A stretch of 64,000 nucleotides of DNA, taken from positions 50,532,001-50,596,000 of the forward strand of contig NC_058382.1 in assembly GCF_018350175.1 (NCBI RefSeq). The letters run 5' to 3'. The stretch's first letter is position 1. Every line of letters starts with the position of its first letter. This document shows positions 13,201-27,087 of this stretch, piece by piece. Under the pieces are notes generated by a model. That model did not search any database and was not told the origin of the DNA. It saw nothing but the letters and a program-made list of their open reading frames with translations. Origin of the DNA: Felis catus. Its lineage: Eukaryota. The position numbers and the translations under genes were made by a program.

Positions 13201-14029
13201 CGGCACACGGCGGATATGGAGTGCGCAGGTCTGTTTTCATTGAAACGCCTTTCTAAGAATAGTATATATAGCAGTGCTACATTCCTAAGAGTGTCAGCAA
13301 ATAGCCAAAAATAATAAGGCCTGAGCCCTAAAATACTAGTGTTAGAGTCAATTCATAAATTCTGACATTTCATGAATAAAATTTCATGGTTGCAATCAGA
13401 GCACTATAAATAAGTAAAGGCATAAAGGGATATCTATATGTATATATACACACGTACATTTATATGTGTGTCTATGCATATATATGAGAGAGAGAGAGAG
13501 AGGGAAAGAAGAATCTTATGCTACAGGACACCTTAGATTCATGTGTACACAGGTCCTCAGACATTGCTTAGCTTACATCAGAATCATCCGGAGAGCTGGC
13601 TAACTGCCACCTAATACTGCAGGCTGGACACCTACCCTGCCTTAATACTCATTCCCCCGGTCACGGACACTCAGATTACTTTCAGCCATCAGCCACCATG
13701 AGGCAAAGAGCATGGCCCTTAAGTACCTATGCAATAATTACTTCAGGATCTATAACCAGAGACAGAATCGCTGGGTAATAGGGTATTTGCACACTAGTGC
13801 TTCATCAGTGATCCTACTACATAATGCAAGGGTGCTCTCACGAACAGCTGTACTGGTCTGCACTCCCGCCAGCAATACGTGAGGGTCCCTACATCCCCAT
13901 ATTCCTGCAACACGTGGTCTTACCAGCTTCCTGAATTTCGTTAGCCTTTAAAGCACGGAGTAGTATCTCATTTCTCATTGTCTTTTTCGGGAATAGTCTT
14001 GAGCATCTGTTCATCTATTTGGTTTTTCT

Positions 14030-14225
14030 ACCTTAACTTGCTGACTGCATGATCTTGGGTGTCACTTCACCTTTCTAAGTTGTCTCTTCTATAAAATGGG
14101 GAAAAAGTAAATCTCTCTCTCTCTCACAGGAAGGTCATGAAGTGAGAATAATGCATGCAGAGTGATTTGTACTAGGTCTGGAAAGTAGTAAGCTCTCCAG
14201 AAAAGTTAGCTACGTTTGTTGTTAT
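14030..14225 (+). mobile_element. MIR remnant
   Basis: 'tgatcttgggtgtcacttcacctttctaag...tctataaaatgggg...gagaataatgcatgcagagtg...agtagtaagctct' is a MIR core-like sequence. Confidence 0.55.
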
Positions 14226-15562
14226 TCTTGGATTTTTTAAAAATACATACGTTTTATCAAAAGGCAAATTTAGAAAGCCTTTAGGCAATTGGGTTATTAG
14301 AAAATTGCCAATAATCAGAATTCAGTTAGAGGATATTCTCCTGAGGTCCCTGGAACCCACGGTGAAGGGAGATCAAGAGAAAGTGCATAGATGATAACGT
14401 CCAGATAATTGGTAATCTCAAGGTAATTGATAACGCCAGGACAAGGGAGTTTTGGTAGTGGAAGGAGGCTAACGGTAGATGAAGAAAAGAATGATATATC
14501 TTGCTCTTCCTTTTTTTGTTTACATTTCTATGGTATTATAATCACATCATTAAAACTTGCCACGTAGAGGAAGTTAAAAAAAAAGAAACCCGTGAGTCTA
14601 TCACTTAATGAAACCACCATTAAAACTTTGATGGATCTTCTGTATTCTTATTATGCCTAACTCTCAATTAACTTATAAGTATGCTGATCATACAATCATG
14701 TATCATATTCAAGTAATGAAGAGAGCATACTAATTTTTCAATAGTCTGCAAAAATCACCATTTTAATTGCTTCATAATATTCCGTCAAGTGCATGTGCCA
14801 GGGTAATTATACTTCAAAGCTTGGGACTTGAAAGTAATTCAGTGTCCTCAAAAATGTATAGTATAAATTACAAATTATTTTAATCAAATGTATTTAGACA
14901 TGCTCACATATCTTAGTGTAAGCCAATGTGCTGAGAAATACCTTATATTTGTACAGCCCCATAGAGAGTAAACACTTTCGGTAATATTATCTTCAAGTGG
15001 AGCTGTGATCTGGACAATCTGGGTATTATTACTGTGTTAGAGATGAAAGAACCAGCCGAGGCTCCGTGTTTAAGAACGTGCCTTAGATCTGACCTTTGGA
15101 AGACCCCCTACAGGGATTCCATTCCCCGGTGCATTTCCTTAATACAACATCATTCTACTTCTTAATCGAAACAGCTCGAAGTAAAGTTAACCAAGAGACT
15201 GAATCAGAATCTCTAGTGCATGTGGGTGTTTGGAAAGCTTGAGTAATCATTCTTAAGTCGCTTGATACATGGTGTCTTTTTGTAAGACTCTGTCAGGATT
15301 TTTGTGACCGTCAAATGAATATGTGAAATTGCGAGGCACAGTGAATAGACACATTCGAAATTTAAGATTTAATACAAGACTTGCAGTGTGCGTTACGTAA
15401 ACACATTCTGACTACTTCAGAACTTATGACGAGGACATTATGGTAAAGAATTTGTGATAAATGTGTGACAAAAGCATGTATTTCAAATAAGGAAATAATT
15501 TAACTTCTCCAATTCTGAATAGAAAATGGCACAGAATTAGTAGAATGATCATGTGCAGTTGT

Positions 15563-15717
15563 GTTTTTTTAAATTTTTTAATGTTTATTTTTGAGACCGA
15601 GAGAGAAAGAGGGAGAGGGTCCATGAGTCCGGGAGGGGCAGAGAGAGAGGGAGGCACAGAATCCAAAGGAGGCTCCAGGCTCTGACGCTCAACTGACTGA
15701 GCCTCCCAGGGGCTCCC
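15563..15717 (-). mobile_element. CanSINE with internal deletion of about 70 bp
   Basis: 'ggctccaggctctga|cgctcaactgactgagcc' lacks the central segment present in the other copies. TSD gatcatgtgcagttgt / gatcaaatgcagttgt. Confidence 0.9.
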
Positions 15718-18700
15718 GATCAAATGCAGTTGTTAATGAGCCTCTCATCAACAGAATTGTGTTTTCTCAGTATGTCACTCTCTGTGAGCACTTAGCTTCA
15801 CTAGCAGAGGTGACATTAGGTTACAGTATTCTAGAAACCATCATAAAACCACACCAGAGTTGCATTACTCCTTCCCTGTGGTCATCGAGGTCTGACCAGT
15901 ATAATCGTTGAGCAAAATAAAGCAGAGAATCGCAACTTTCAATATCATCAGTTTCTAAATAAATTACTTTGGAAGCATAATGTATAGCATGTAAATGGCC
16001 CCCAGATTATACTTTTTTACATAGCTAAAGAATATAATATATGGAAACTGAGAATTTTATCAAGCACAATCAATCTTGATTACTAAATAAAACAGTTTTT
16101 GTGGTGCATTGAGAGCTTTTAAGTTGACTAGACAGATTAAAATAAATTTCTTGTCTGTCCATTAGGAAACTTACAATATATACCTATGATAAGTAGAAAG
16201 TTAGAAAGGGAAATATTAGCTTGTGAATAGACTAGGCTTCTTATGTACACCACTTCATTTAATTTTTACAGCAATCTCTGCCCACATTTATTCTGTGTAC
16301 ACAAGTAAACAGAATGGCAAAATGAACACTCTTGGACACATTCCCCAGATGTCAACTAATGGCCAGTCCTGCCCCACCCATCTCCCCCATATACTGTCTC
16401 CATTAAATTATCTTGAAACAAATAATAAGCATGCTAATCTTTCATCCTTAACTATTTCAGTTTGAATCTCTGAAAGGTAAGAGCCTTTCTTAAAACAGAA
16501 CCTTGAAAAATTCAACAGTAACTCATTTACATCCTTGAATATCCCATTGGTTTTCGAATTTCCAAGTTAACTGAAAAATGCATTTCCTTTTGCCAGTGTG
16601 CACACAGAGACTATAACTTTTCAAAGACAGCAATCTAATAAGAAATAAAGATTTGTTTTAAGGACTGTTGAGATCACAGCCTGTTCTCTGTGCGTATACT
16701 TTGTGTAGTGTTGCCTCATTTACACCTGTTACTCAATTGAGAGGTGAGTCCCAGAGAAATTGCTAAAGGTGCATATGTTCAGAGCAGACACTTCTTCCTA
16801 TTCTTATGGAGCGTGATTTTCATCCCTTAGAGAACAAAGCCAGAGTAGGTCATGGTGTCTGTCATTCCTGTATTCATAAATGTTACATTTGTGACCTAAG
16901 AATTTTTGAGTGTTCTGGAAGAAGTCAAAAGAAAATTTGAATGTATTTTAGAACAATAAACTCTACGGTACATATCGCATTAAGATAAATGTTATTTACG
17001 TGTTAAATAATAAGCCTCAATATGTGTCATTGGAATTCTAGTAGAGGTTGCCCTCAGAGTCATTCATTTTAGTTTTTTTTAATCTATGGACAGGAAGACA
17101 TTTTATCAGTTTCTTAAGGGAGTAATTAATGGTTATTCTATTATATATATTATATACTATAAATAATGTAGTTTCAAATAAGGAGAATTTGAAAACCTGT
17201 ACAATATCATTGAAACCACATGCATTGTATTTAATAAACTGACTTTGAGGATGCATACAAACATCTCTAATAAAAGTTATGTATGTTTAAATTTATTACA
17301 TACTTTTGAAATGTTTTTACAATGTTCATCAAGTAATCTCAGTTGCATTGAAACAAATAATACGGGCATTTAGGAACCTCTTATTGCTGCATTGGTACTA
17401 CAATTACACACACCGAAGTATAATTCCCCAAGTTTTTATTCAAACGCTAGTTAGAAAAGGATAACTTTGCATTCATGAAGTTAAAACTATTTTTATTTAA
17501 GCGACTTTTCTGGGAAGTATTTTCTTGATATTTTTTTGTCTTGGGGTTAAAAATACTGTCCACGACCCCCAAGTAAGTGTTAGGCTTTATTTCCTAAATG
17601 GGAGTGTCACTTTGATGAAGGACATTCAGAGGAGCTGCTGTTTCTCTTTTGACTGTGTAGCTGGGAGACTCAGGTATTAAACCCAAATAATGCCATTCGG
17701 TCACTCTCATTAGCTGTGAATGACAGTGTGCCGTGTGCCGGCACGTGATCGCCACACCACAGCAACCACAGACTGCAATTTATTGTTATTATGAGCCAGG
17801 CAGATGTTAACCTCTTTATTTTACTTAATTTGTAGTTCAAACTTTGGAAGTAATTACTTCTATCCCCAATTTATAGATGAAGAAACAGAGGCTTAGGAAT
17901 ATATCTCCTTCAAGTTTCTCCAGCTAATAAGATCCCTGACTATTATGAGCCACAGTTGTCGGCAACTGTCTGTCGTTTTCCGGGGCCAACCAAGGTGTCT
18001 TGGTAAAAAGTTTGGATGGATATCCTTAATTTCTCTTTACGGAGAGGGGGTGAAGGCATTATTAATGTTTCAGTTGTTGTTGGAAGAATGATCATTGGGG
18101 CTTGAAAAAAGTTGTCTATAGAGGGAAAAGCAGTATTTGAACACAAAATAAATGAGTTTATGTCGTCTGGGTTGAGTAGGGAAAAGAACTTCCCAAATTG
18201 CAGACATCCTAGCATTAAAAATGGAGCACATGCATTAAGCCATTTAAGTTCTCTGTGTTCTTTGTTCCATTTATCTATATCAAGGTACCCATGGGTATGG
18301 GAGCCATTTACTGGTTTGTTTTCTTGTTTTGTTACATCTGGCAGTGTTTCAAAAGGCAATGCAGGTAGGCAGGTGTTATTATTGATTGAAATAAAAACAG
18401 TTTTGTGCCAGTCTCTCTAACCCATTGTCTGCTGCATGCATTTATTCAGCTTCTGCTCCCATAGGGCATACGAGTGGGTCTCTTTGGTGAAGAATAGGTT
18501 AAGAAAGTGCACATTTCACTCTCTGATTGCATTATTACTAAATAAAGCAGGCTCCTCTTTGTGTAATGAAACTTTAATTGTGTGACCAAATTATACAGAC
18601 TCTGAAGGTCAAACGACCCAAAATAATACCACATTGTATTTTAGTCCATGTGTTCTAAAAATATTTGGTGAAATTTAAAGTTGGCACCAATGTGAAAAGG

Positions 18701-19710
18701 AATACTTTAGAGGCCATTTATCTTTGCATCTGCTAAGACTGAGGGTTATAGTTAGACGTGGCCAGTAATATAGCTTCTCTGAGTGACAAGCTTGTATGAA
18801 AGTTTAGATGTTGATCTAAGTGAAGATACATTGTTCACCAGTTATATATTGTATATGGTATTTAATGTACATCACAATGTGAATTGCAATATACATTAGT
18901 GTGCATACAATATACATTAGTACTATAATGTATTTAATGTATGTTAAATAATGAATGGCTTCAGAGACCAAAATGAGAGCCTAAAGCTGTAAGGAACCCT
19001 AAGGGCTGATTGAACTCTATCCAAGCTTTTAAACGGTTCAGTTTTGAAAATTAAGTATAATGAAGTGAGTATTTTGTTTTATTCTGCTGGAAAGATTGGT
19101 TGCTTTTTAAGTCTCTTTCTAAAACACGTATTGAAGTTTGTACTTGGAAAAACTGATTAGCAGTCATTTAATAAATAAACGGCATTTTGAAGCACCCTGA
19201 AGACTAGTCAATATATTGGAAAGACTGTATAGAAACATTAATAGAAGGTAGAGGTGAGAAATAATTTATTTTAAATTTTATAATATCTCTAATAGAGAAC
19301 AGTAGTTTTCTTTCATTACTGAACAATAGTTATTTTAATATGGTCATAAGAATGCCATTATTCCTTGTAATATTAATGGTAAAAAGAAAGATGTTAATGG
19401 AGCTCTTTATGGTATAATGCATGAAAAATTATATGATATCTAAAATCTGAAGCTGAAAGGTACTTCTCATGGTGTTCTTAATGATCTATAGAAAAGCACA
19501 AAAGTGAAAAATACAGTTTTAATGAAGTATTCTTCAGAATCTTATCTTTTTGCTTTTGGATAAATACATGCAAATTTAAATCTTGACTGCCTTCACTGAA
19601 CTATCTTTTAAAGCATTAAGGACTTACTTCTTTGACAAAGTTGGCATAATTATTTTCATTTAACTTTTCATAGTGAAGTGCAACACACCTCCAAAGAGAC
19701 AAAAGGTGCG

Positions 19711-19711
19711 C

Positions 19712-19748
<37 letters not shown>
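19711..19748. repeat. (CA)n microsatellite
   Basis: Read directly from the sequence. Confidence 0.95.
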
Positions 19749-19749
<1 letters not shown>

Positions 19750-22367
19750 CAGTGAATTATCAAAAAGTGAACATACTTATGTCAATATTACCTCAGCCAA
19801 AAATATTACAATATCTCAAGCACCTCCTTTCATCCTTTTCTGATCACTACCACCTCTCTCTTCTCCCCAAGTCATCACCATCGTGACTGTTAATGCTTGT
19901 TTTGAATTATATACCCAACAAGTCATGTAACATACACTTCTTTACATCTGGCTACCTGGGGTAACATTATGTTGTATATAATTGATTTGTTTTCATTGCT
20001 TCACAAAATCCCGTTATATAAACATATCTGAATGTGTTTATCCGTTCTACAAATGGATGTGTGAGTTGGATTTGGAGACTGTCCTGAATAATTCTTGAAG
20101 AACATTCATGTGCATTTGGTGCACAATGCTTGCTTTTCTGGTGGGCACGCTCTTGAGAAGGGAATGGCTGGCGCATAACGTAAGTGTGTGTTTACTTTTA
20201 GTGGAACACGTGAAAGACTTTTTATGGAGATTGTGTTAATTTACACTCCCAACAGCAGTGTTAGAAAAATTCCATTTCTTCCACATTCTTGACAGCATTT
20301 GGTATTGTCAGTTTTCTTTTAATTCTAGCTTTATGTTGTTTCCCCCAGTTTTAGCTATTCTGGTTGGTGTGCAGAACTTTCTCTATGGTTTTAATTTGCA
20401 CAGCCCTGTGCCTAATGAGGTTGGACACCATGGCATGGGTTTGTTAGTAATTTTGGTATTTCCTTGTCGCTTTTTCATTATTGTTTTAGAGTTCTCTCCT
20501 AAATTCTGTACACTAATATACTGAAAACTGGGTTCTTCCATTCTTTGGCTTCTCTTTTCACTATTTTAACATCTTTCAATGAACACAAGTTCTTAGTTTC
20601 ATATATTCTGATTTGTCAGCCTTTCATCTTATGTGTCAACCTTTCCTTTTGTGTCATGTTCAAGACACCTTTGCCCTCCTCCGGGTTACGAAGATATCCA
20701 GCTATGCTGCCTTCTAACACATCTTTGCTAACTTTATAGTTTTGCCTTTCACATTTAGATTTGTAGTCTTACTGGAATTCCTTTCTGTGCATGATTTAAG
20801 GGAGTCATCAACCTTCCTTTTTCCCCCCTCCTTTCTTTTCTTTTTTCTTCTTTTTCCTCAGTGTGGATGTTTGATTGACCCAGCACTATACATTTAAAAG
20901 AGGTGGTTTATTGTTTATTTGTTGTTTTTTAACTGCTCTGCATTGCAAACATTGTCAGAATCCTCTCTTCATAGATGTTCAGTCAGTTTCTGGATTCTCT
21001 ATTCTGTTCCATTGGTCTGTTTGAGGAACCTTCTGCCAATATGACATTCTATTATTTTTGTGCCATTATGAGACTTGATATCCAGTAAAGAAAATCCTCC
21101 AGCTTTGTTTTTCTTCAAGAGTATCTTGGTGATTTCTGTCCCTTTATGTTTTCACTAACAATGTATGAGAGTTCTTATTAATTCACATCCTCACCAGTAT
21201 TTGGTGTTGTCAGTGTTGTGGATTTTGGCCATTCTAAAAGGTGTGTAAATTCAATTCATATTTATATATAGACTTTCATTCAGCAGGTTTGCTAAACACG
21301 CTCTATAGAGTAAAAAAATTTCTCTACACATAATCATCCAACGTATGAATGACAGCTGACTTCTTTCTTTCTTTCGAATCCATATTATCTGTTAAATATT
21401 TTTCTTACCCTAGTTAGAATATTCACTTCATCGTGAATGAAGGGGTCTGTAGAGAACATACTTTGATTCCCACACTCAAAGCAGATCTCCACATTTCTTT
21501 TAGCATGTGACAGCTTGCTGTAAGGTTTTTATAGATATCCTTTGCAGATTTAGAAATTCCCTTTATGGCTAAAAGTTTTAATCATGTTTCGATGTTGAAT
21601 TTAATCAAATGCTCTTTCTATATCTGTTTAGAAGATCATATTTTCTTCAGTTTGATTAATTACATTGAAGGAGTATTAAATATTAAGCAATCCTTATGTT
21701 CCTGGAAGACACTTGATTAAGTGATGAGCTATTAAACTTTTTCTTTATTTCTATATACTCTAGCAACTTCGCAATTAATTTTACAGGATAGTAAGATCTG
21801 TGTTTATGAATAAGATTGGCTTTTATTTTCCTTCTTGTAACTTCTTTGTCAGATTTTGATATCAAGGTTAGGCTAGCCTCATGAAACAAGTTGGGAAGCA
21901 TTCTGTTTTTCTACTTTTTGAAGGTGTTTGTATAAGATCAGTGTTATTTTGTCCTTAAATGTTTAGAAGAATTTACAAGGGAAGACATCAGGGCCTGGAA
22001 TTTTCCATGTGTGAATGTTTTTTAATTATGGATTTAATTTTGCCAATAGAGATAGGCTACTCAGATTTTCCTGTGTTTCATCTGTTTTGGCAGGTTACTG
22101 TTTGTTTGGAATTTGTTCACTTAATGTTCAAAAACCTTTCACAATAACCTCTTATTGTCATTCTAACTTGTAAGGGATCATAGTGGGTTTGCTCTTTCGA
22201 ATTCCTGGTATTGATCAGTTGTGTCTCTTTTTTCTTTTCCTTGATCAGTCTAGCTAGGGTTTCATTAATTTCAATGTTCTTTCAAAGCCTTATATCACTT
22301 ACTTTGTGTTTCATTCTTGGTTTTAGTTTACTGTATTTTTTTCCCTAAGGTCTTACCATCCATCCTT

Positions 22368-22426
22368 TTTTTTTTTTTTTTTGAAATTTATTGTCAAATT
22401 GGTTTCCATACAACACCCAGTGCTCA
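22368..22426 (-). mobile_element. Ultra-short 5'-truncated carnivore L1 3' end with poly(A)
   Basis: T-run followed by 'gaaatttattgtcaaattggtttccatacaacacccagtgctca', matching the L1 ends at 30044 and 33362. TSD accatccatcctt / accatccgtcctt. Confidence 0.88.
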
Positions 22427-23412
22427 ACCATCCGTCCTTATTAGCTCATTAATCTTCTGCCTTTTTTCTTTGGATGCCCATGTACTCAGTACCAGTGACT
22501 TCTCATGCACTTGTGATATTGGTAATTTGGGTCTTTCTCTCTTATTTGTTTGGACAACATGAGTAGGGACTTATCAATTTCAGCAGATTTTTCCAAGAAA
22601 CAGCTTTTGATTTTGTTGATTTTCTCTGTTTTTCTGTTTTTAATTTCATTTATTTGTGCTCTGATTTTTTGTTATTTTCTTTTGCTTATTTTTGATTTAT
22701 ATTACTCTACATTCTCTAGTATCGTAGGTTGGAAACTGACTTATTTAGATCTTTGCCTTTTTAAAAATGTATGCATTTAGTGCTACAAATGCTGGTATAT
22801 GTCACAAATTTTGATAAATTATATTTTTATTTTCATTTAGATCAATTTTTAAAAAATTTTACTTGGGACATATGCCTAAACCCTTGGGTTATTTCCAAAT
22901 ATTTTGGGGTTTTCTAACTATCATTCTGTTACTGGTTTCTAGTTCAATCCTCTTGTGATTTGAGAGCATACTTTGTACAGTTCCCAATTCTTTTATATTT
23001 GTGAGGGTGCGATTTAGGGCCTATAACGTGGTCCATCTTGATGAATATTTCATGTGATCTTAAGAAGACTGTTTCTGCTGCTGTTAGATGGAAAATTCTA
23101 AAATGTCAATTCGATCCAGTTGACTAATACCGATATACACGTCTTCTGTATTCTTACTGTTTTTCTGTCTTTTTGATGTATCAACTACTCCACCTATAAT
23201 AATGGATTTGTCTATTTCTCTCTGTGGTTCTATCAGCATTTGCCTCATGTATTTTGACCCTTTTGTTGTTACGTGCTATACATAGAGGATTGTTATACCA
23301 TGTTGGAAACTTGGCTGCTGTGTCTGTTTATCTCTGATAATCTTTCTTGTTCTGCAGGCTGCTTTGTTTGAAATTAACATGGCTACTCCAGCTTTCTTTA
23401 GATTGGTGTTAG

Positions 23413-24058
23413 TGTTCGGCTAAAATACAAAATGAAAACCAAACTTGAAAATTCCCTGAGCAGACAAAACCATTTAACCCACATAAGCAAAACTGAATCT
23501 AGATTATTCCATGAACGTAAGTGAAACTTAGTCATTTTCCTAAAGATGGTACAAGATAACTACTTTTAACCATCTGGAAACCCCTATTGTAATAACCAAG
23601 CACGTAAAGGTTAAACAACTTCCTCATTTTCATTTTATGAGCCATCCTGTAATGCCGTGCTTCTAAGCCTCATAGAGTTTTGGTTTGAAAGCTCCCAGTT
23701 CTTTTATTTATTCATTTATTCATTCATTCATTCATTCATTCATTCATTCATTTATTTATTTATTTATTTATTTAATGTTTATTTTCGAGAGGTGGGAAGG
23801 GGTAGAAAGAGACAGAGACACAGTATCCGAAACAGGCTCCAGGCTCCAAGCCATCAGCACTGAGTCCAACGCGGGGCTCAAACTCATGAGCCATGAGATC
23901 ATGACCTGAGCTGGAGTCAGACGCTCCACTGATGGAGCCACCCAGGCGTCCCTGAAACTCCCAGTCCTTGAACTGTTCTGATATGCACAATAAACTCTTA
24001 CTAATTACTATTTTATTGATCTGGTGGTTTAAATTTTGCTATTTTTAGATTTTTGACA
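23413..24058 (+). mobile_element. Solo LTR (ERV1-class-like) inserted in L1 and itself interrupted by a SINE
   Basis: TG...CA termini, 4-bp TSD ttag (23409-23412 / 24059-24062), and AATAAA near the 3' end. Excision restores L1-like 'gattggtgttagcatggtaaatct'. Confidence 0.75.
23704..23952 (-). mobile_element. CanSINE whose tail has become a (TTCA)n/(TTTA)n microsatellite
   Basis: TSD tgaaagctcccagttctt / tgaaactcccagtcctt. Confidence 0.93.
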
Positions 24059-25631
24059 TTAGCATGGTAAATCTCTGTCCTTTTACTTTTAACGTATTTT
24101 AGTCTTATATTGAAAGTGAATTCCTTGCAGATGAACTATAGTTGGGTTTCATCATTCTTTATATATAGCCTGACAATCTCTGTCTTTTAATGTAGTATTT
24201 AGACTGCAGCTATAGTATTTAGACTGTAGCTTTTAAAGTGATTTTTGATATATTTGGATTAATATCTACTATGTTTGTAACTGTTTTCTTTTTGTTGCAT
24301 TTGCCTTTTGTTTCTTGCTCCCCCTTTTTAATGTGTTATCTGAGTTTGAGAATTTTGTATGATTCAATTTTATCTCTTTCCGTACTGATATACTTAAAAA
24401 AATTTTTAGTGACTGCCCTTGCCTGTCAAAGTCCGTCTTCAAATAACATTATACTACTTAATAAATAGTGCAGGTAACTTTGAATACTCCCAATCCCTCC
24501 CTCTCTTTACCTGCAATGTTGCTGCCATGCATTTAATTCATCCAAGTGCTATCATCACCCAACAGATCTTGACTAATCTTTCTTTAAACAGTTATCTTGT
24601 AACTAACAATAAAAAATTATCTTATCTTAAGTTCTTTTATTCCTTCTCAAGTGCTCTTCCTTTCTCTGCATGTTTCTGACCTATGTCATTTAACTTTTGT
24701 ATAAAGAACTTCTTTGAAATATTTTTTGCAGAGCAAGTCTGGTAGCAATGAATTCTGTTGAGTTTTGTCTGAGAAAGTTTTTATTTTTTCACTTTTGAGA
24801 GAGAATTTCTCCAGGTAGAGAATTCCCAGTTTATTTTTACTTCTTTCAACACTTTAAATATTTCACTTCACTCTCTTCCTGCTTGCGTGTTTTCTGATGA
24901 GAAGTCCAATATAATTCTTACCCTTGTTCCTCTGTAGGTATGGTGTTTGCTTTTCTCTGGTTCTTTAAAAACGTTCTCTATATCTTTGGCTTTCTGCAGT
25001 TTGATTATATTTTGACTCAGTATAGAGTTTATTTTGATTTCTAATCTGCTTGTTACTCTTTGAAATTCCTGGGCCTACTTTCGGGTCTGTCATTAATTTT
25101 GGAAAGTCGTTGGCCATTATTCAAATATTTCTTCCACTCCATTCTCTCTTTCTTTACCTTCTGGTATTCCACTTATGCACATGTTACAATTTTTGCAGTT
25201 ATCCACAGGTGTTGGATAGTCCCTTCTGCTTTTTTCCTTTTTGCATTAGAGTGCAGGAAGTTTATGTTTTCTTATCTTTGAGCTCACTGATTCTTTCCTT
25301 GGTTGTGTTGAATTTATTGATGTGCCCGTCAAAGACATTATCCATTTCTGTCACGGTGTTTTCGATTTATGATTTATGATTATGATTTATTTCCCTTTGA
25401 TTCTTTCTTAGGGTTCTCATCTCTCTGTTTATCTTACCCATCTTTCTTGCATGCTGTCCACTTGTCTCATTAGAACCCTTAGCATATTAGAGTTGTTTTA
25501 AATTCGTAGTCTGATAATTCCAACATCTGAGATGTATGTAATTGATGATTGTTTTGTCTCTGCAGTGTGGTTTTTTTCTGGCCTTTTGGCGTGCCTTGCA
25601 ATTTCTCTCTGAAATGTGGACATGTTGTATT

Positions 25632-25855
25632 AAATTTTTGTTTGTTTAATGTTTATTTATTTTTGAGAGAGAGAGAGAGAGACAGAGCGTGAGCAGGGGA
25701 GGGGCAGAGAGAGAGAGGGAGACACAGAATCAGGAGTGGCTCCAGGCTCTGAACTGTCAGCACAGAGCACAACGTGGGGCTCGAACTCATGAACAGCAAG
25801 ATCATGACCTGAGCTGAAGTCAGACCCTTAACCGACTGAACTACCCAGACACCCC
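25632..25855 (-). mobile_element. CanSINE (SINEC_Fc-type)
   Basis: Perfect 15-bp TSD tggacatgttgtatt (25617-25631 / 25856-25870). Confidence 0.95.
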
Positions 25856-26727
25856 TGGACATGTTGTATTCAGTAATGGGAACTGAAGTGAATGGAATTT
25901 TTGTGTGAGGATTTATATTAACCTGGTGAGGAATTGGGCTGTATTTAATGTTTGATGTAGGTGTTGTAGGTGCCGGAAGTTTCAAATTCATCTAATACTC
26001 TTAGATGAATTTTTGTCTCTCCTCTTGACTTTGGGGTCCTCTTCAGAGGTGGTCCGTGTTTACAGTGCTTTCAGCTGTTATCCAGTATTATTATACTGGA
26101 GTTCTGCTGGTTGGATGTTATGATATGAGGGTATGAGAGCATTCTGTGTTATTCCAGCTAAATGTCAGTGTTTATAGTGGGCTTCTGTCTTGAGACTGTG
26201 ATCTTCACTAGTGTGTCTCTAGGGGCATAGCTCATTCCCTTCCTGCCCTTACTTCTTTTCCTGGCTACTGACTCCTGTTGACCGTTCCCTTGGGTGGGAC
26301 AGGGAGAGTAGGGAACCCAGAGTGGGAAGAATGTTCTTCCCTAATGGGGATGAGGCTCTGGCAAAGTCTTTCCTCCTAGACAGTAGGCCTTTGTTGTGCA
26401 GAACACTTGGGGCGTATTTCACAATAATTACCTTTCCCTTACCCTGCCAGAGCCAGGAGGGAATCTTTTTCTGATCTTCATGGAGAACGTGAAAGTTTCC
26501 TAAAAGTCAAGTTCACAGAAATGTAGGGCCCTCTACGACTGTGGTCCCCAGGAGTTTCTCTCTCTCTCTGTCATGCCAGCTCACCCTCAGCCTCCATCAG
26601 TTTATCACTATTACCACATAAGCAACCTATCAGTTTCTGGCACCAGTGGCAGATCCTGGTGAACACATCTTGGCTCTGACTCTTTGGATCGTCTTGTTTC
26701 TCCAGATTCCAGGGCGATAGTTTGCCA

Positions 26728-27087
26728 TGGTTTTAGTCAGCTCAGGCTGCAGTCACAAAACACTGCAGACTGGTGGGTGGCTTAAACAAAACAGACCTTT
26801 AGTTTTCACAGTTGTGGAATTGGGAAAGTCCAAGATCAAGTTGCTGGCTAATTCAAACCATTCCTGGTCAGAACCCACTTCCTGGCTTGCAGACATCAGC
26901 CTTCTCAGTGTCTTCCACTGGCTCTGGTCTCTTTTCTCATGATTATGACGCTAATCCCATCATGGGGGCCTGCCCTCATGACTTCATCTAAACCTAATGA
27001 CACCCCAAAGGCCCCACTTTCAAATACATCACATTGGGGTTAGGGCCTTAATATGAATTTTGGAGGGACACAATCCAATCCATAGCA
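26728..27087 (-). mobile_element. MaLR solo LTR (MLT1A-C-like) nested in old L1
   Basis: 'tagtcagctcaggctgc...ggaaagtccaagatcaag...gccctcatgacttcatctaaacctaat...catcacattggggttaggg...aatccatagca'. Confidence 0.8.

Noticed and set aside
21683..21901. ORF with L1 ORF2-like peptide as an active LINE
   Set aside because: It is a short degraded fragment among stops and frameshifts.
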